Source: Halocafeteria seosinensis
Taxonomy: Eukaryota
DNA: 56,833 bases
Assembly: GCA_001687465.1 (NCBI GenBank)
Contig: LVLI01000059.1
Location: forward strand, 1 to 56,833
Reading direction: 5' to 3'
In this document: piece by piece, positions 11,801-22,156 of the stretch
Layout: every line of letters begins with the position of its first letter
Position numbering within the stretch: position 1 is the stretch's first letter
Program-made: the position numbers and the translations under genes
Notes under the pieces: generated by a model
Told to the model about the DNA's origin: nothing
Seen by the model: the letters and a program-made list of their open reading frames with translations, nothing else
The model's database searches: none

Positions 11801-12682
11801 AGTATCCCCTGCGAGGGATATTTTGTTAGGAGGACAGTACTCGCATGTTGCTGAATTGTAGTCAGGGAACTCTCCACCGTCACAGAAGAATGGCTGCCCA
11901 GGAAAGTTCACCCGTACGTTGTCAAGTCTGTTGGGACGACAACCCCAGATATCCCCTGGCTGGCAACCCGTTCCCCCCCATTGCACCACACTACGCAGGT
12001 CACGTGATTCCAATTCGTTCTCCCAGGAATAAGAATGTGCGGAGTTGGAAAGTCCTTCGAAGGAGGCAGTATAAAGCCCATCGGGCTGGAGTTTCACGTA
12101 AACATGGAACCAACCATCGCCAACAGTCCCGGTCTCGAAAAAACGTCCATCAGGGTCAGCGAAGGTGGCTTGTTTGACAGGATTGGAACTAACAGATCGT
12201 CGTCTAAATTCAAACATTTGTCCAGTAAGTGGATTACGCAACAAGCGTATAAGGAATCCACCCCAATCTCCTGAAAAGTAAATGTACGCGTGGAATTCCA
12301 CACCGGTTCTGTTTACAATAACTTCTAGACGAGACTCTAGCATTAATCCTGCAGAGCCACCAAGCTCGAACGATGGAGTATATTCGTGTGTACTGGGTCC
12401 GAATTTGATGAGGTTGCTGTATTCAGGTCGAAGAAGTTCCCATTCCAAGCGTCCGTGGGCTACGTCCGAATCACTCACGGCAGGGTCAGGGTGGGGAACA
12501 TCGACCAATGAATCACGATTATCCCATTTCTTGTCCTTGAATGAATCCACATGTAGGAATTTTCTCTTCGCAGCGTTGGCCGGAGTGTCTTGTAACAGGA
12601 GAACGATCATGGTGACCGTCATAAACGCTGGGGCCGAAGCCGACGGTCCTTCTGGATGCGCACATCCCACTGGGCGTTGCAT
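5885..12682 (-). CDS. 2265-aa cell-surface multi-pass membrane protein: signal peptide, beta-rich N-domain, Cys-rich repeat, S/T mucin stalk, Ig-like segments, GCC2/GCC3-like Cys repeats, about 7-8 TM helices, cytoplasmic tail
   Basis: Single uninterrupted ORF; signal-like FMTVTMIVLLLQDTPANA; CxxC repeats (CEYCPPNKIS, CVPCDEGTFQ, CATGHEGPLCGTCQEG); TM block with LMLIDYLQI and FLWEPFTLIRKLLLLVVSVF..CRPY motifs typical of protist Cys-rich multi-TM proteins. Confidence 0.85.
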   Translation of the reverse strand: MQRPVGCAHPEGPSASAPAFMTVTMIVLLLQDTPANAAKRKFLHVDSFKDKKWDNRDSLVDVPHPDPAVSDSDVAHGRLEWELLRPEYSNLIKFGPSTHEYTPSFELGGSAGLMLESRLEVIVNRTGVEFHAYIYFSGDWGGFLIRLLRNPLTGQMFEFRRRSVSSNPVKQATFADPDGRFFETGTVGDGWFHVYVKLQPDGLYTASFEGLSNSAHSYSWENELESRDLRSVVQWGGTGCQPGDIWGCRPNRLDNVRVNFPGQPFFCDGGEFPDYNSATCEYCPPNKISLAGDTQCSLCDPGMVPNKEQTACLESSSIAPSGSPSRSRSLTPSASSSSSASSAPTMRESSTATSSATLSAAGSQYSSTISPTSTNTGTTTKTRSSSASPTETTAISNTATSTYSRSGSPTSSVSWTSTGTPTTTVSDTPTATCSTTTSTTNSATSTVTVTSSTSPSGSSTDTVSSTASPTTSVTSSVSASFTGTVTGSSTTSATMTVTPTPTQTRSSTLSPTPSTSSVNTGSPTSSPTVSPTGTETSSTTSSASITVSATSTSSQSSTTSPTSSASCTGTRSPSPSISGTSSVSPTGTTTRSGSSTASPTTSVTSSVSASFTGTVTGSSTTSATMTVTPTPIQTRSSTLSPTPSTSSVNTGSPTSSPTVSPTGTETSSTTSSASITVSATSTSSQSSTTSPTSSASCTGTRSPSPSISGTSSVSPAGTTTRSGTSTHNVTDSASKSSTVTPTSSATVTATVSASVTHTCTPSPPYTASSTGSGTATVTPTRLFPATNGSALKSACGTVHQFNCASIEYKKVHEASIEVSHAKLVLACLRLEAQSIKETQPQFAVSCLSHLDFDAGVDHYVGCSALDGGKTTGLSSLLEVVPELTNERGCPGWFPVDACVRKMYNVTVRIHPNASKFLEEQLRYATDVTNGYTFFVPFSLAVIFGRETIVEAEQLVSVHMSAAVVESMSMEERPLVRVFPSELTVNHSRHVGSELDVSREMRIQAQGRTDWSWGVSSSLQRLIRLPVARKVLSEPATVFQDIIFHTELASPGRTSGFVFLSVRQRSRIMDSISIPVRLWVFQGELQVDSSTVSAERSSQEPPVLRFVRLYNAGTHVVNWNATVTSANGSISHRNTWLQVETSGQIGAGEERSALVTLFARNTDSLGIFTGWIRFDTDAWEVRDTVSHAQKRSSRNRSSQGVIHVRVEFLVTSIFLCNQFQDTVLVRPHETKHLAISLVNTEFTSIKVRAHSFLLDTLNESRIDSSPPTSATFPLGVYTVEGGARLSPWLSVSPLNVSLRRGASRILEFTLEYASPFLSLLSRNSPMIIGVTPGLFAIEFDLDVELVASNPRLATRHGTTHHSLVVEFVPGVASSQNSEIALSSRNASVGKTITGRLTLNDDFGYGPANAIYVESIPSSTDDVEGLLKVNTKVLNTRQVTQPVVFLPNGRLTTGSNVTELEFSLECVGVGQVRLDFLIDGRSIGGLPTKVTSAPIQCSENEVPDKSGTSCLCRGGYRRAEFEGNQCVPCDEGTFQRRSNSQTCQPCAKEMFSMTGASSCSPCPTFGVSCRNGALRLLPGYWCDACSQENMSRTARVDRITPDALQASAASTSLLLCEFPSACIVNATAFSTKCATGHEGPLCGTCQEGHLKMLSGECVSCSDGRGDMVTTALSGTFVFVGVVSIAIHSAKESAWEKEAKADRESQAVHNPNMVANPVAKLYTDSNPLSTTDKKYNRIDVSNDSERALLIYSYYTRNGQWESLKQLLLMLIDYLQISSILQQLEIKPFSDRLGWIESSSEAASFNPSDIPQIRCATGTSLYEIALSVMISPLPVSAFILTLHVVIEAVRSKGKFRRHRFVTDSILSLITVLGLLHVAVTEMTFRSLDVREQSLLGSRRSALDVTLRTSDAQFGILQIASFASLFLFVFALPLSVSVFLLWWYWRAKTAKLFKEFLKFVGGFRLDMLGFLWEPFTLIRKLLLLVVSVFVEGPLNQLVWASVILFMSYIGLSLCRPYREPSLNLVEGLLIMVSAGNCYIGILLFPFDDSSNLLVSIRNFSAEILSILLQVLYGFILVVVASRLVPGAFRKLKDVIARNMRPVLLRLRVCKRCWLSRKSPSEFRFASTSPVMPGTQLHSINPLAHTSNGSKGMFQNTTMDEDRDFSISSRPTSSPSGECTMSHERKRERFNSLDRLTHTSNGCSAPAWDKTTTQHGDESTLSIRNMYEMYSNINRQKGRRSPFKHKPRNVIARHRSNRLPTEPSNHTTGGS
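10514..11293. repeat. Near-perfect tandem duplication, 2 x 390 bp (130 aa), within the mucin stalk
   Basis: 10514-10903 equals 10904-11293 apart from about three substitutions. Confidence 0.95.
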
Positions 12683-13500
12683 TCATGAAGACGTCTGGGT
12701 TCAGATACATGGAAGAAAACCTGTATCGATGTAACAATGTAAATAAGGTTACCACGCTAAGGGAACCCATCGCTAGGGCATCTCCAAGGGGGGCAGAGAA
12801 AAGGGAGGTGTGGACCCGAAACCCGTCGTCGTTGACGCCACAGCGATACAGAAATATGAACGTCTGAGAAAACCATCAACATACAACACTCGAATAGTGC
12901 TACACATACTTTGCATCTATGACGCCTCTTGTGCCAAAATGATCGCGAGCGACCAAGGAGACTACACCGGTAATGGGATTCTTGTCCTGTTCGGTAGAAC
13001 AATTGGACACCTCTTCCGCGTGAATATTGGCTGTTAGCAACTCCAATCGTTATCTAACTTGGGTTTGCATCAAGGATGATCAATCCCATGTACTGTAATA
13101 CACTGTGTACTGTGTACTCGTGCACTACTACCGCGGCCGCAAGCGCGTTTTTCGCCCGCCACTTGAGCGAAGAACAAAATGGAAGAAGATTCTTAGTTCG
13201 GGTTTATGCTGTAAACTGTGCATTATATACTCAGTTCTAGGTCTCCATTATATATCATTGGCTTCATATGTACTCCGACTAGCATCTCTGACCCCTCGCA
13301 GTTACACGAAAGGGGCGCCCAAGACCCTACTACGTTGGTAGGTTTCGGGTTCCCAGATGAGGCAAAAGTAGAAGAGACACCAACCGTAGAAGAAGAAGGC
13401 ACAATAATGGTCCTCCAGCCAAACAACTATTGGACAGTCGAATCATTGTGGATGGTGTCCAGGATACACTAAAAGACTCCTGAGGACGATTGATCGATAA

Positions 13501-14680
13501 ACGTGTACCAGGAGATATTCATCCGACGGATGGCTGCGCCACACTAGTTGGCCGTGTGCAGCTGGCCTTCCACCAGCCATAATCGATACGGATGTCTTCG
13601 AAGGCCTACTTTGCCATACCGATGGCGCTTCCAAGGGCAACCCAGCGCACGCGGGAGCTGGGGCTGTGTGCTACAGGGTTGGGCAAGCTGGTACTAAACT
13701 CCAGTTAGGCCTCTCAAGCCAGTACGTAGGGCCACACAAAACTAACAACGAAGCCGAATACGAAGGCCTGCTGCTGGGATTGAAACTGGCCTTCGATGCG
13801 CTTGACGCGGGTGCATCCCCAAGTAAATTACCAGCCCCGCGGGACGTCCGCATGGGATGCGACTCACAAACGATGGTGGATCAAATGAATGGCGAAGCCC
13901 AGTGCCGCAAGGACAAGCTCATCCCGCTCTTCGAGAGGGCACGGACTGAATGGTTCCACCTTAAGAACCTCCCAATGGTGAGGAGCGCAGAGATTACCGG
14001 TAGGTTCATACCGGCTTCAAACTTGGCTGCCGACCGCTTGACTAAGACCGCGTCAAACAACCCAATGGGTAATGGTTCCTCTTGCTTAGACTGGCTGCCT
14101 AGAGCTACGCACACTGTAGATGATGTCGAGAGGTTTGTCGATTTCAGGCTCCACGACAAGCGGATCCTCGTCCGCTGGAGGGGCTACCCAGAGGCAGCAC
14201 GGACGTGGGACCGATTTCGTGGCTTCAGAAGGACCTGGGTAGCCGCACTTGTTCGACCTCGAGCAGGAGATGTACTTCAATTTGGGTTATGTTGACGAAA
14301 CTGAGGTGGACGGAACTCCTGGGAGCCAGCCCCGCGTCAGGTGGTGGCTTGTCATTGGCCACAACTGTTGCGTCTGGACCAACACTTAATCCTGCCTGCG
14401 CTGCTGCAACCGATCCTGGCGTCGGCGTCGCTGTGGCAGGCTCTGGGTCTTCTCCTGCCAGGCTGAGCCTTGACGGTATCCCTGACATCGTGGGCGCAGG
14501 CATGGCTCCTTCGATGCCTCCTGAGCAAACCAGTGTTGTGTTCCCTCACGGCACATGTCAGCAAGGCTGCAGGAACAGCGGGCCCGTCGCTGCTTAACAC
14601 GGGCGCATACCGCTCCTCGTTAAGAGGATGCGGCCAACTTCCCGGCCGGTGGGCTATCTGTCACATTTGTGCGTGTGTAT
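13501..14680 (+). mobile_element. Retroelement relic: archaeal/plant-type RNase HI plus chromodomain, frameshifted
   Basis: Reading frame open from 13501: HTDGASKGNPAHAGAG (13621), TNNEAEYEGLLLGL, CDSQTMVDQMNG, NLAADRL; then DDVERFVDFR..KRILVRWRGYPEAARTW with a frameshift into PISWLQKDL; no start ATG. Confidence 0.75.
14572..14679 (+). repeat. Dispersed repeat copy C, at the 3' end of the RNase H/chromodomain relic
   Basis: Matches copies at 205, 1072 and 37868. Confidence 0.9.
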
Positions 14681-16471
14681 TCAGCCTACCGGTGGTATAC
14701 GAAAGCAAGTGGGATCTGTTGAAGACTATAACTTCTTCGAACAGGGCGGTACGTAGTAGTGTGCCAGCAGCAATATACTGTAAGGGTGTCTATACAGTGC
14801 TACCCGAGAAACAAATTTGAGAACCCTTTACGGCTGCAGTGCCTACTGGTAGTAACGAGCATGAAGAGAGGAAGGTCCACTGTACCGCGCAAAAAGGTTT
14901 AGCGGGAGTGTCCGCTCCCCTTTGGCAGTGGTGGTACTGCGGTAAACCCCGTGGACTTGAGAACGACATCAACACTTCTCCCGCGTAAGTTGTGCTCTGT
15001 TGTTGCATGGGCATCGTTGCGATCGCAACCAGCTCAGTGTGATCAGTTCCAGCCTAAGCATACAGTGCCAAGCAACGAAAGACCGTAAATGTAACCAGCA
15101 AACTTGGGGGCGGTGAGGACTCAATCCTGCATATTTCACGAAATTCTGCGAGCTCAAGTGTATGGAAAGGCTGGAGTATAGACGTACTGTATATTGGCCA
15201 CAGCTCAATTACTCAGTTCACTGCTTCTCCCAGTGTCCACCATGATGCATGATTATTCTGGTGGAGACGTCTCTACTACTCTCTCTAAATCCGTTACCAC
15301 ATTGCAACCTTTGAAGTTCTTTTGTGTAGTACTCCAATCGCAGTTTTTTGCTTGCAGAAGGTGTTGATGTTTCATCCTCAGAAATGTTTCTTAGAGGTCA
15401 AATTGCTTGTGTCTGGCCGGATCAAGTGCAGTATCCTTTCTGGATAGCAAGGTTGTTACAGACGGTGTTCTTTTCCGATGAAGGGCAAGCTATGCACAAA
15501 ATTGTGACTAGAATCAGACTTCAGTACATATTGGGAAAGTTCGGTAGCTACTCATATTTCTGTGCGGTCGTTGGTATGCCGAGCTGATGAGAGTTCGCCG
15601 GCTTTCAGAAAACGAAAGAGTACAAAGCCTTCGGGACCAAAAGATTGGGCCGCCAGTTAACTAGTGTGCGGAACCTAGGATTCTGTGCTACTACATAAAG
15701 CCGTTTAAATATCATTTTGGTTGCAACGTATGTACTCATAGCTCTAAATCTCCATGAATCCTCCCCAAGGACAGGAAGGGGGATCAGCAGCAAGCGGGGC
15801 AATGTGACGGTCCAGTTTGAGAGAAATCGGACAACACTGATCAATTGATTTGTGTCGGAGAAAACAACTGAGAACTACTACCGTATTGACAGTGGTGCAT
15901 AGGAAGGTGATCTACAGGATATCTGCCTTGGGAAATCCCGATATCGTGTCATCCGGATGTGCTTCGTGTATGGAAGTTCATGATGCAGTTAATGGAACCG
16001 AACTTAGGGACCAAATGTACTGACGATGATGCACGGGTCGTTCATTATTGTAGAGAAACCTTAGAAAACGATCAAGACTCAGTGTACACATTACATAGTC
16101 ACCCCAGTCACATGTTACACGGGACGGGAGTAGTTTTCTTCCGTTCCCGTTAGTTCTTGGAACTTCTTTTGGGCAACTAGGTTTTGAGTTGTTTGCACGC
16201 ATTCGTAAAAACGTAGCAAACCCGCACCGCATACACCTCCTACGCATGCTGCAATGACAAGCAAGCTACCGTAGTAAAGACACAGTGACAATCAAAAGCG
16301 AGTGCGTCGCGCGAAGGGTTTCGGGGTCATTCAAATTAAGTTGAAGTTGGGTCCATCAAATACTCTTTGTTTGTAAATGCACTATTTAAGGTGTATACAA
16401 GGAGTATTGAAGGTGGAATAGGTAGTACACGTATACCTGGAGTCAATGCTCGCCTTGATGTGTATGAGACA

Positions 16472-19400
16472 ATGTCGCGTTTTGATGAAAAAGAGATCAA
16501 TAGCTTCTTGTCAAGAGTGAATGATGTACGATTGGCGCTTTTAGATGCCTATAAATCATGCCACTCACGATATACGGTAGCATATTAACTTCTCTCATGT
16601 ATTTTCGTCGTATATATGCAGGTATCCCAGCAAGTGGAGGCGTTAACGGAGGGAAAAGCCCCGGAAGAAGCCGAAAAAGTAGGCACTATCAGGTTATTTT
16701 CACCGTTTTTTCTTTTTTCATATGTTATGTAAATACCGTACCACATGTCTTTATTGCGATATATTCAGGTCATTGAGAAGAAGCGTCAGAAAGAGGAGGA
16801 AGTGCGCCGGCAAGAGGAAGAGGAGAGAAAGAACCAGCAAAGGCTCCAGGCTGAGCGTAAAGTACGGTCATTTCATTACGCATGCATGCACTAAAGTTGG
16901 CTGGATTGCGTCGATATCCATATATGTACGTTTTTATTTGACGCGTGCGTGATGTGAACAGGCGAAAGAGCGAAAAGAGGAACGTGAAAAGTGGTGGAGT
17001 TTTGCGCGGCTACACTTTAACGATCTGGGAGATGACGACAATGATAATACGGAGGGCGAGAGTGCTTCCAAGAACAAGGAGAATGAAAAGCAGCAGCAGT
17101 CGTCTGTGACTCATAAAAGCCGCGTGAAGAATCTGACCCTGCAAGATGGGTCTACGGAAACTGTAACTCCCGGTGTGTGGAAAAGCACGTTGGATTACTC
17201 CAAGTGGGATAAAGTGCAGTTGGATGATCCCGTGACGTTGGTACGTGAACAAACTAGATAGATATAAAGTGAAGGTTATTGTTTAGTTGCGGCATGCCCA
17301 TTGATTCTTGTGCAGGAAGAAGAGGCAGAAAGAGAGCAAATGATAGAGAAAATGAAGGATGAAGAATTTGAAAAAAACAACCCCGAGTTCTGTGCGCAAG
17401 TGAAACAGGATATGGAACAGCGTCAGAAAAAACAGAGCGAGAAGGAGCAAAATGCTCAAGAAGAGAAAAATCTCGGTAATGCTGCATTTCGGCGAGGAGA
17501 ATTAAGGGCTGCTCTACAACACTATCGGACTTCAATTGAATTATCGCCCCTGAATAGCCCCGTTTTAGCCAATATGGCCCAGGTTTGTAACATGACAGCT
17601 TTGTTGCTGTATTGTTAGAAGACCTTCGTCGTCCTTTTTGTTGATCAGGTTTTTCTCAAGTACGAGGATTACGAAGAGGCGCTAGAATTTGCGACGAGAG
17701 CATGCTACGTTTCCCCACAGTATACCAAAGGACTATACCGGAAGTATCGGGCACTAAAACATTTGAATCGAAAACAACCAGCTAAAGAAGTGTTGGAAAA
17801 GCTTGTAACCGTGGATCCTTCGAACACTCAGTTCAAAGACGAATTACTAGGCTTACAGTGTGAAATCGATGAAGACGAGCGTTCTGCATCTTTACAGCAT
17901 GTGTTCGATGACGAAGCGAGTTCCTCTACCGATAAAGCCATGTCTTCTGTCCATTTGTTCGCGAAAGCAATAGAATTGTTGCCTGATGACTGCACCAGCC
18001 TAGTGTCTGCACAGAGACTTTCGCAATTTCGGGAGGTGTTCGAGAATTTCAAGCAGAGATGGTCCGCCTGCATTGATGCTAATCAGCGGTACGACCTGTC
18101 CACGATTGGGAGAAAGAGCGGATTTGTTGATTCAGCACTATCCTACATACACAAATCCTTGCAAGTTTCAGGTGAAAGTACGGTTGGGAACTTGCATGAT
18201 GAGCACCTCAGTCTCGTTGTGAAGTGGCTGGAATACCTTGCTAGTTCCCCGTATATGGCAAGGTACTTAGGGAAAAATGGAGTAATACCTATACTGTGTG
18301 AGCTTCAATCAAAGCAGTTGCCTTCAGGACTAACGCATTATTGCATCTCGTCTCTGTCATTCCTTGTCCACTTTACCGATACAGGGGGCAGTGGAGGTTA
18401 CCCTCTGGCCGGCGATGAACTAAGCACCCAACAAAGTTTCTGGAAAACTTCTGTTGCTCAGGTTATTCGTTATACGACTGCTCAGATGACCTCGATTCTA
18501 AGAGGAGAAGCAGTCGACAAAAAGGTTCCTCAAGATCTAGCGTCACTTCTGAACAATATCGATCTGCTTGTGAAATCAACGGTGGTAAAGGATACCATGT
18601 CGTCGGGATGTCTCCAACAGGTAATGCAACATCTGGCTTCCACTAACGTCGTTCCGGCGTTGGCAGCTACCGCCGACGTTGCGCTTCTCTTGGAAGATAT
18701 AGAGCCAACTGAATGGTTTCAAACAACTTCAGCCTGCATTAGGTCACTCACGTCTCTCATGCAGTGCGAAGCGTTGCGGACGGAGCTAGTTAAGCCTTTG
18801 GAAGGAGCACCACAACAACTCTCCTTTGAACCGCTCTTGCGCGCGTCCCAACGCGAACAAGGCTCAGACAATTCAGTAGCGCCGAATGCATTCGGGGCCT
18901 TAGCTAATGCATGTGTCGCAAATGATAAATTGATTGAGATGCTAGCAAAGCAGAAGTGGGTTGAAATTATCATTTGCGCTTTGTGCTCGGGGCTCGGCTC
19001 GGACAACAAAACCGAACAAGATCTGCGGCTTTCAGCTCGTGCCGCCCAGCTACTGAGTCGGATTATTAGCCATCGCCAAGCAGCTGATGTCGTTGCTAAG
19101 AGGGATAACACACGCGCTATAGTGGATATTTTGACCCACTCTTTGGACAAAGCGAAGAATATTTCGGATGGCTATAAAGAGTTTACATTGATTCTACAAG
19201 ATTCATTGGCAAGAGTTTTGGCGGCTACCTGCCAATTCTACATCCAAAACCAGGTCAACAAAGAGGATCCAGCCATACAGCTTCGAGACGTCGTTTTCGA
19301 AGTAGTGTCTGCCGCTCTAGAAGAATCCAATGTCCGCCACAGACCCGTCGGCATTGGCAATATGTGCAATGTTTTATCATCATTATGCTCTCTCATGTTA

Positions 19401-19631
19401 CAGGAATTACCTCAGGACAGCCGCTTCTTCTCGTTCAATGAAACGAAGAAAGTATGCGACTTGCTGGTCGACGTCGTCAAAGTCATTGGTGATCAGTCTC
19501 ACCAGAAATCAGCACGAAAGAATGCGGCGGTCGCGCTAGCCAAATATAGTAAATGTCCCGGCATACTAGAATATCTTCGCAAAATTGGGGCCACGCAGAT
19601 TCTCATGAGTCTGAGCAAAGAGCTCATGTAG
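16472..19631 (+). CDS. TTC12: TTC12-like TPR plus armadillo-repeat protein (putative axonemal dynein assembly co-factor), six exons
   Basis: Exons about 16472-16525, 16622-16678, 16769-16861, 16962-17241, 17316-17583 and 17649-19631, joined by GT-AG introns; N-term MSRFDEKEINSFLSRVNDVSQQV; DYSKWD motif; TPR EKNLGNAAFRRGELRAALQHY..VLANMAQ; C-term RKNAAVALAKYS..LEYLRKIGATQIL. Confidence 0.75.
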
Positions 19632-20074
19632 AGTCGGTTGCTAAACATGTCACTTAGATGTTGTGCTTTGCGTTCGACAAGTTGTTTGACAAGCCTGCAG
19701 GTCAGCAAGAAACGGGAAGAACTTTTAGTTTTGAGGACCGGCCTCCAACTTGGACACACGTTGCCGAGTCCTTTCCCCGATCCCACAAAATGAATTGAGA
19801 AGAGAATAACATCCGAATTCACGATCAGCTGATTGGGTAATTGCAGAGTAGCTGACCTGGGTTTGTATTTCAGGTAAAGCACATCGGAATGGAGTTCCAT
19901 TGCAGATAATATACTAGCCAGTGTCCAGTGTCCCCTAGAACCGTGTATTGACAGCCGGTCTCACTCGTCCCTATCTGGGAAATATTAAGTTTGATATATC
20001 TACCCTTGCTTTGGATGCTTTGAGTACCAGTCCTTCAGCCTCAAATGGTTGTTCCGAAATCTGAAACGTGATCC

Positions 20075-22156
20075 TTAACCCTGCACTGCTCGCTTGGGTC
20101 TTTGTGCAGGTACTTTGGTGAGTTTGGGATAATAACCAGCTGGAGTCCCTGACGCACTAGAGGTAGTTGTTCCAGAACCGGTAGCGGTAGGGCTCACCGT
20201 TGGAGTGAAACTGGGAGACGATGTCCTCGTTGTGGTGGGAGAATGCGAAGGGGATACCGAGTTGCTTGCCGTTGAGGTCACGGTAGCAGTTTGCGTCGGA
20301 GTTGTCGTAGAACTTGCAGTTTGGGTTGCCGTTCGGCTCTGCGAGGACGATGCCGTACCAGTGAAGGAGGGCGAACAGCTGCTCGAAGCGGTTTCTGCCG
20401 CCGTGGGGGTGGTGGATGGCGTTGAAGCGGGTGATGGAGAAGGAGACGGTGGCAGCTGAAAGCGTAGAATCGGCAGGCTCATTCCATCATCAGTGACAAA
20501 ACGTTCGTCTATGGCCCATGCGTCCTCAGTCCATCCTTGCGTTCCTTCAGCGTGATACAGGACTCCATCTATATCGTCCAAATTGCCTGAGTGTCCCACG
20601 GATGTGAGCTTGGTTCCGGGATCGTCACCAATGATACGGGCACCATTATATACTGAGTGTTTCACTTGAATCTCACCACTTGCTGACTGTTCTATATGCC
20701 CTATAATCCCTCCCGCTGACGTGCCAAGGATCAAACCAGATGCATACGTGTTAGTGATATAAACATCCCCTGAAGCTTGTCCCTGCAGTCCTCCTGTTTT
20801 TGCTCCAGTAATACCCCCTGCGCGGGTTCCACTAATCTCACCTCGAGTGTAACAGTCGACAATGTACACTTGGGCCCTACTGGATGCCGTTCTTGCACCG
20901 CAAATCCCTCCACTGTCTTCGGCAGCTATCCCTCCCGTACTATAGCATTCCTTGATATAGACGAATCCACGGGCATGCCCCGCATTAGCCCCCATTATAC
21001 CGCCACTGTTTGCCCCACCGGGGAGAATAGTTCCGGTGGAATAGCACCGAGTGACATATACGTGGCCGTCAGCAACACCAGCAGACTGTCCACAAATACC
21101 ACCTGCTTCTTTTCCTTCAATATTTCCAGCTGAGTAGCAATCCGTGATATTGATTGTCGCTGGATCCCCTACAACAGCACCTGCCTCATATCCTACTATA
21201 CCTCCCGCTTTGTCCCCACGTATTGTCCCGGTCGAGTACGAATTGGTTATCTTGGCCTGGCCTCCAAACCCAGCAATGTCTGCCCCACATATACCGCCAG
21301 CCCTGTAAAGAATATCTCCTGATGAACTACATGAATCTATAATACAGAATTTCTGTCCTTTTCGGACAATGAATCCCCCAGACGCTGCAGTTGATCCGTT
21401 CCTAATGTCAAGGTTCCGAATCAACGGAGCTTCCTCAAAAGATAAAGCCTGAGTCTTAAACAGCCCCCGAAAATGTTGAATTCCGCTCAAATTAATGATG
21501 TTCGTATTTTGCCGACCACCATCAAACGTCTCGTACGCATTTAATGAAATGTAGTCTTCGTTCCCGTAGCGGTCATACCATATCAATTCACTGCAATTCA
21601 TTTCAAACATCTTCTTGTGCAAACTATAATGAAAACATGGTTCTTCTCCATTTATAATTGCGAGCCGTAGGTCTGTTCCAAATGCTTCGACTGGACGATA
21701 TCTACTGCAAAATGACAGTATCAAAGCCACAGTCATGAGTGACATACTTTTTGAAGTCGGTGTCTTTCTGCAGCCAGGCTTCGGACCCGGCAGCTCACGG
21801 TGGTTACATTGCCGAAGTCGTAAGAGTATCAAAAGCACTAGTGTAGCTTGCGCAAATACAGCAATCAGTGACTCGGTCCAATGAAAAAGTGGTTTATCTT
21901 TCCTCGGCTGCTGATCAACGAGAGCTTCACTGAGCGTTGGATATCCGAAGCGTGCCAGATGTCGGAGCCGGCTGGGGAGTGCGGCAATTGGATGTTGAGA
22001 GGTCCAAACAGAGTACAAAGATCGGCTCAATCGGACCACAGACGATTCTTGCAGCCATGGAGACTCACTTGGCGGCACATTGTTGTACAGGGACCAGTGA
22101 CGTGTTCCATAGAGGGTATCGTAAATCATGAGGGCCAGAATCACAATTGCAGCCAA
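20075..22156 (-). CDS. GLUG-like Gly-rich repeat secreted/surface protein with S/T stalk (paralog 1)
   Basis: Repeated (C/S)YSTG.I.G..AGGI(C/V)G units; LPILRFQLP followed by S/T/P stalk; ends VPAQRPKRAVQG; signal-like MSLMTVALILSF near 21745. Confidence 0.8.
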   Translation of the reverse strand: MAAIVILALMIYDTLYGTRHWSLYNNVPPSESPWLQESSVVRLSRSLYSVWTSQHPIAALPSRLRHLARFGYPTLSEALVDQQPRKDKPLFHWTESLIAVFAQATLVLLILLRLRQCNHRELPGPKPGCRKTPTSKSMSLMTVALILSFCSRYRPVEAFGTDLRLAIINGEEPCFHYSLHKKMFEMNCSELIWYDRYGNEDYISLNAYETFDGGRQNTNIINLSGIQHFRGLFKTQALSFEEAPLIRNLDIRNGSTAASGGFIVRKGQKFCIIDSCSSSGDILYRAGGICGADIAGFGGQAKITNSYSTGTIRGDKAGGIVGYEAGAVVGDPATINITDCYSAGNIEGKEAGGICGQSAGVADGHVYVTRCYSTGTILPGGANSGGIMGANAGHARGFVYIKECYSTGGIAAEDSGGICGARTASSRAQVYIVDCYTRGEISGTRAGGITGAKTGGLQGQASGDVYITNTYASGLILGTSAGGIIGHIEQSASGEIQVKHSVYNGARIIGDDPGTKLTSVGHSGNLDDIDGVLYHAEGTQGWTEDAWAIDERFVTDDGMSLPILRFQLPPSPSPSPASTPSTTPTAAETASSSCSPSFTGTASSSQSRTATQTASSTTTPTQTATVTSTASNSVSPSHSPTTTRTSSPSFTPTVSPTATGSGTTTSSASGTPAGYYPKLTKVPAQRPKRAVQG

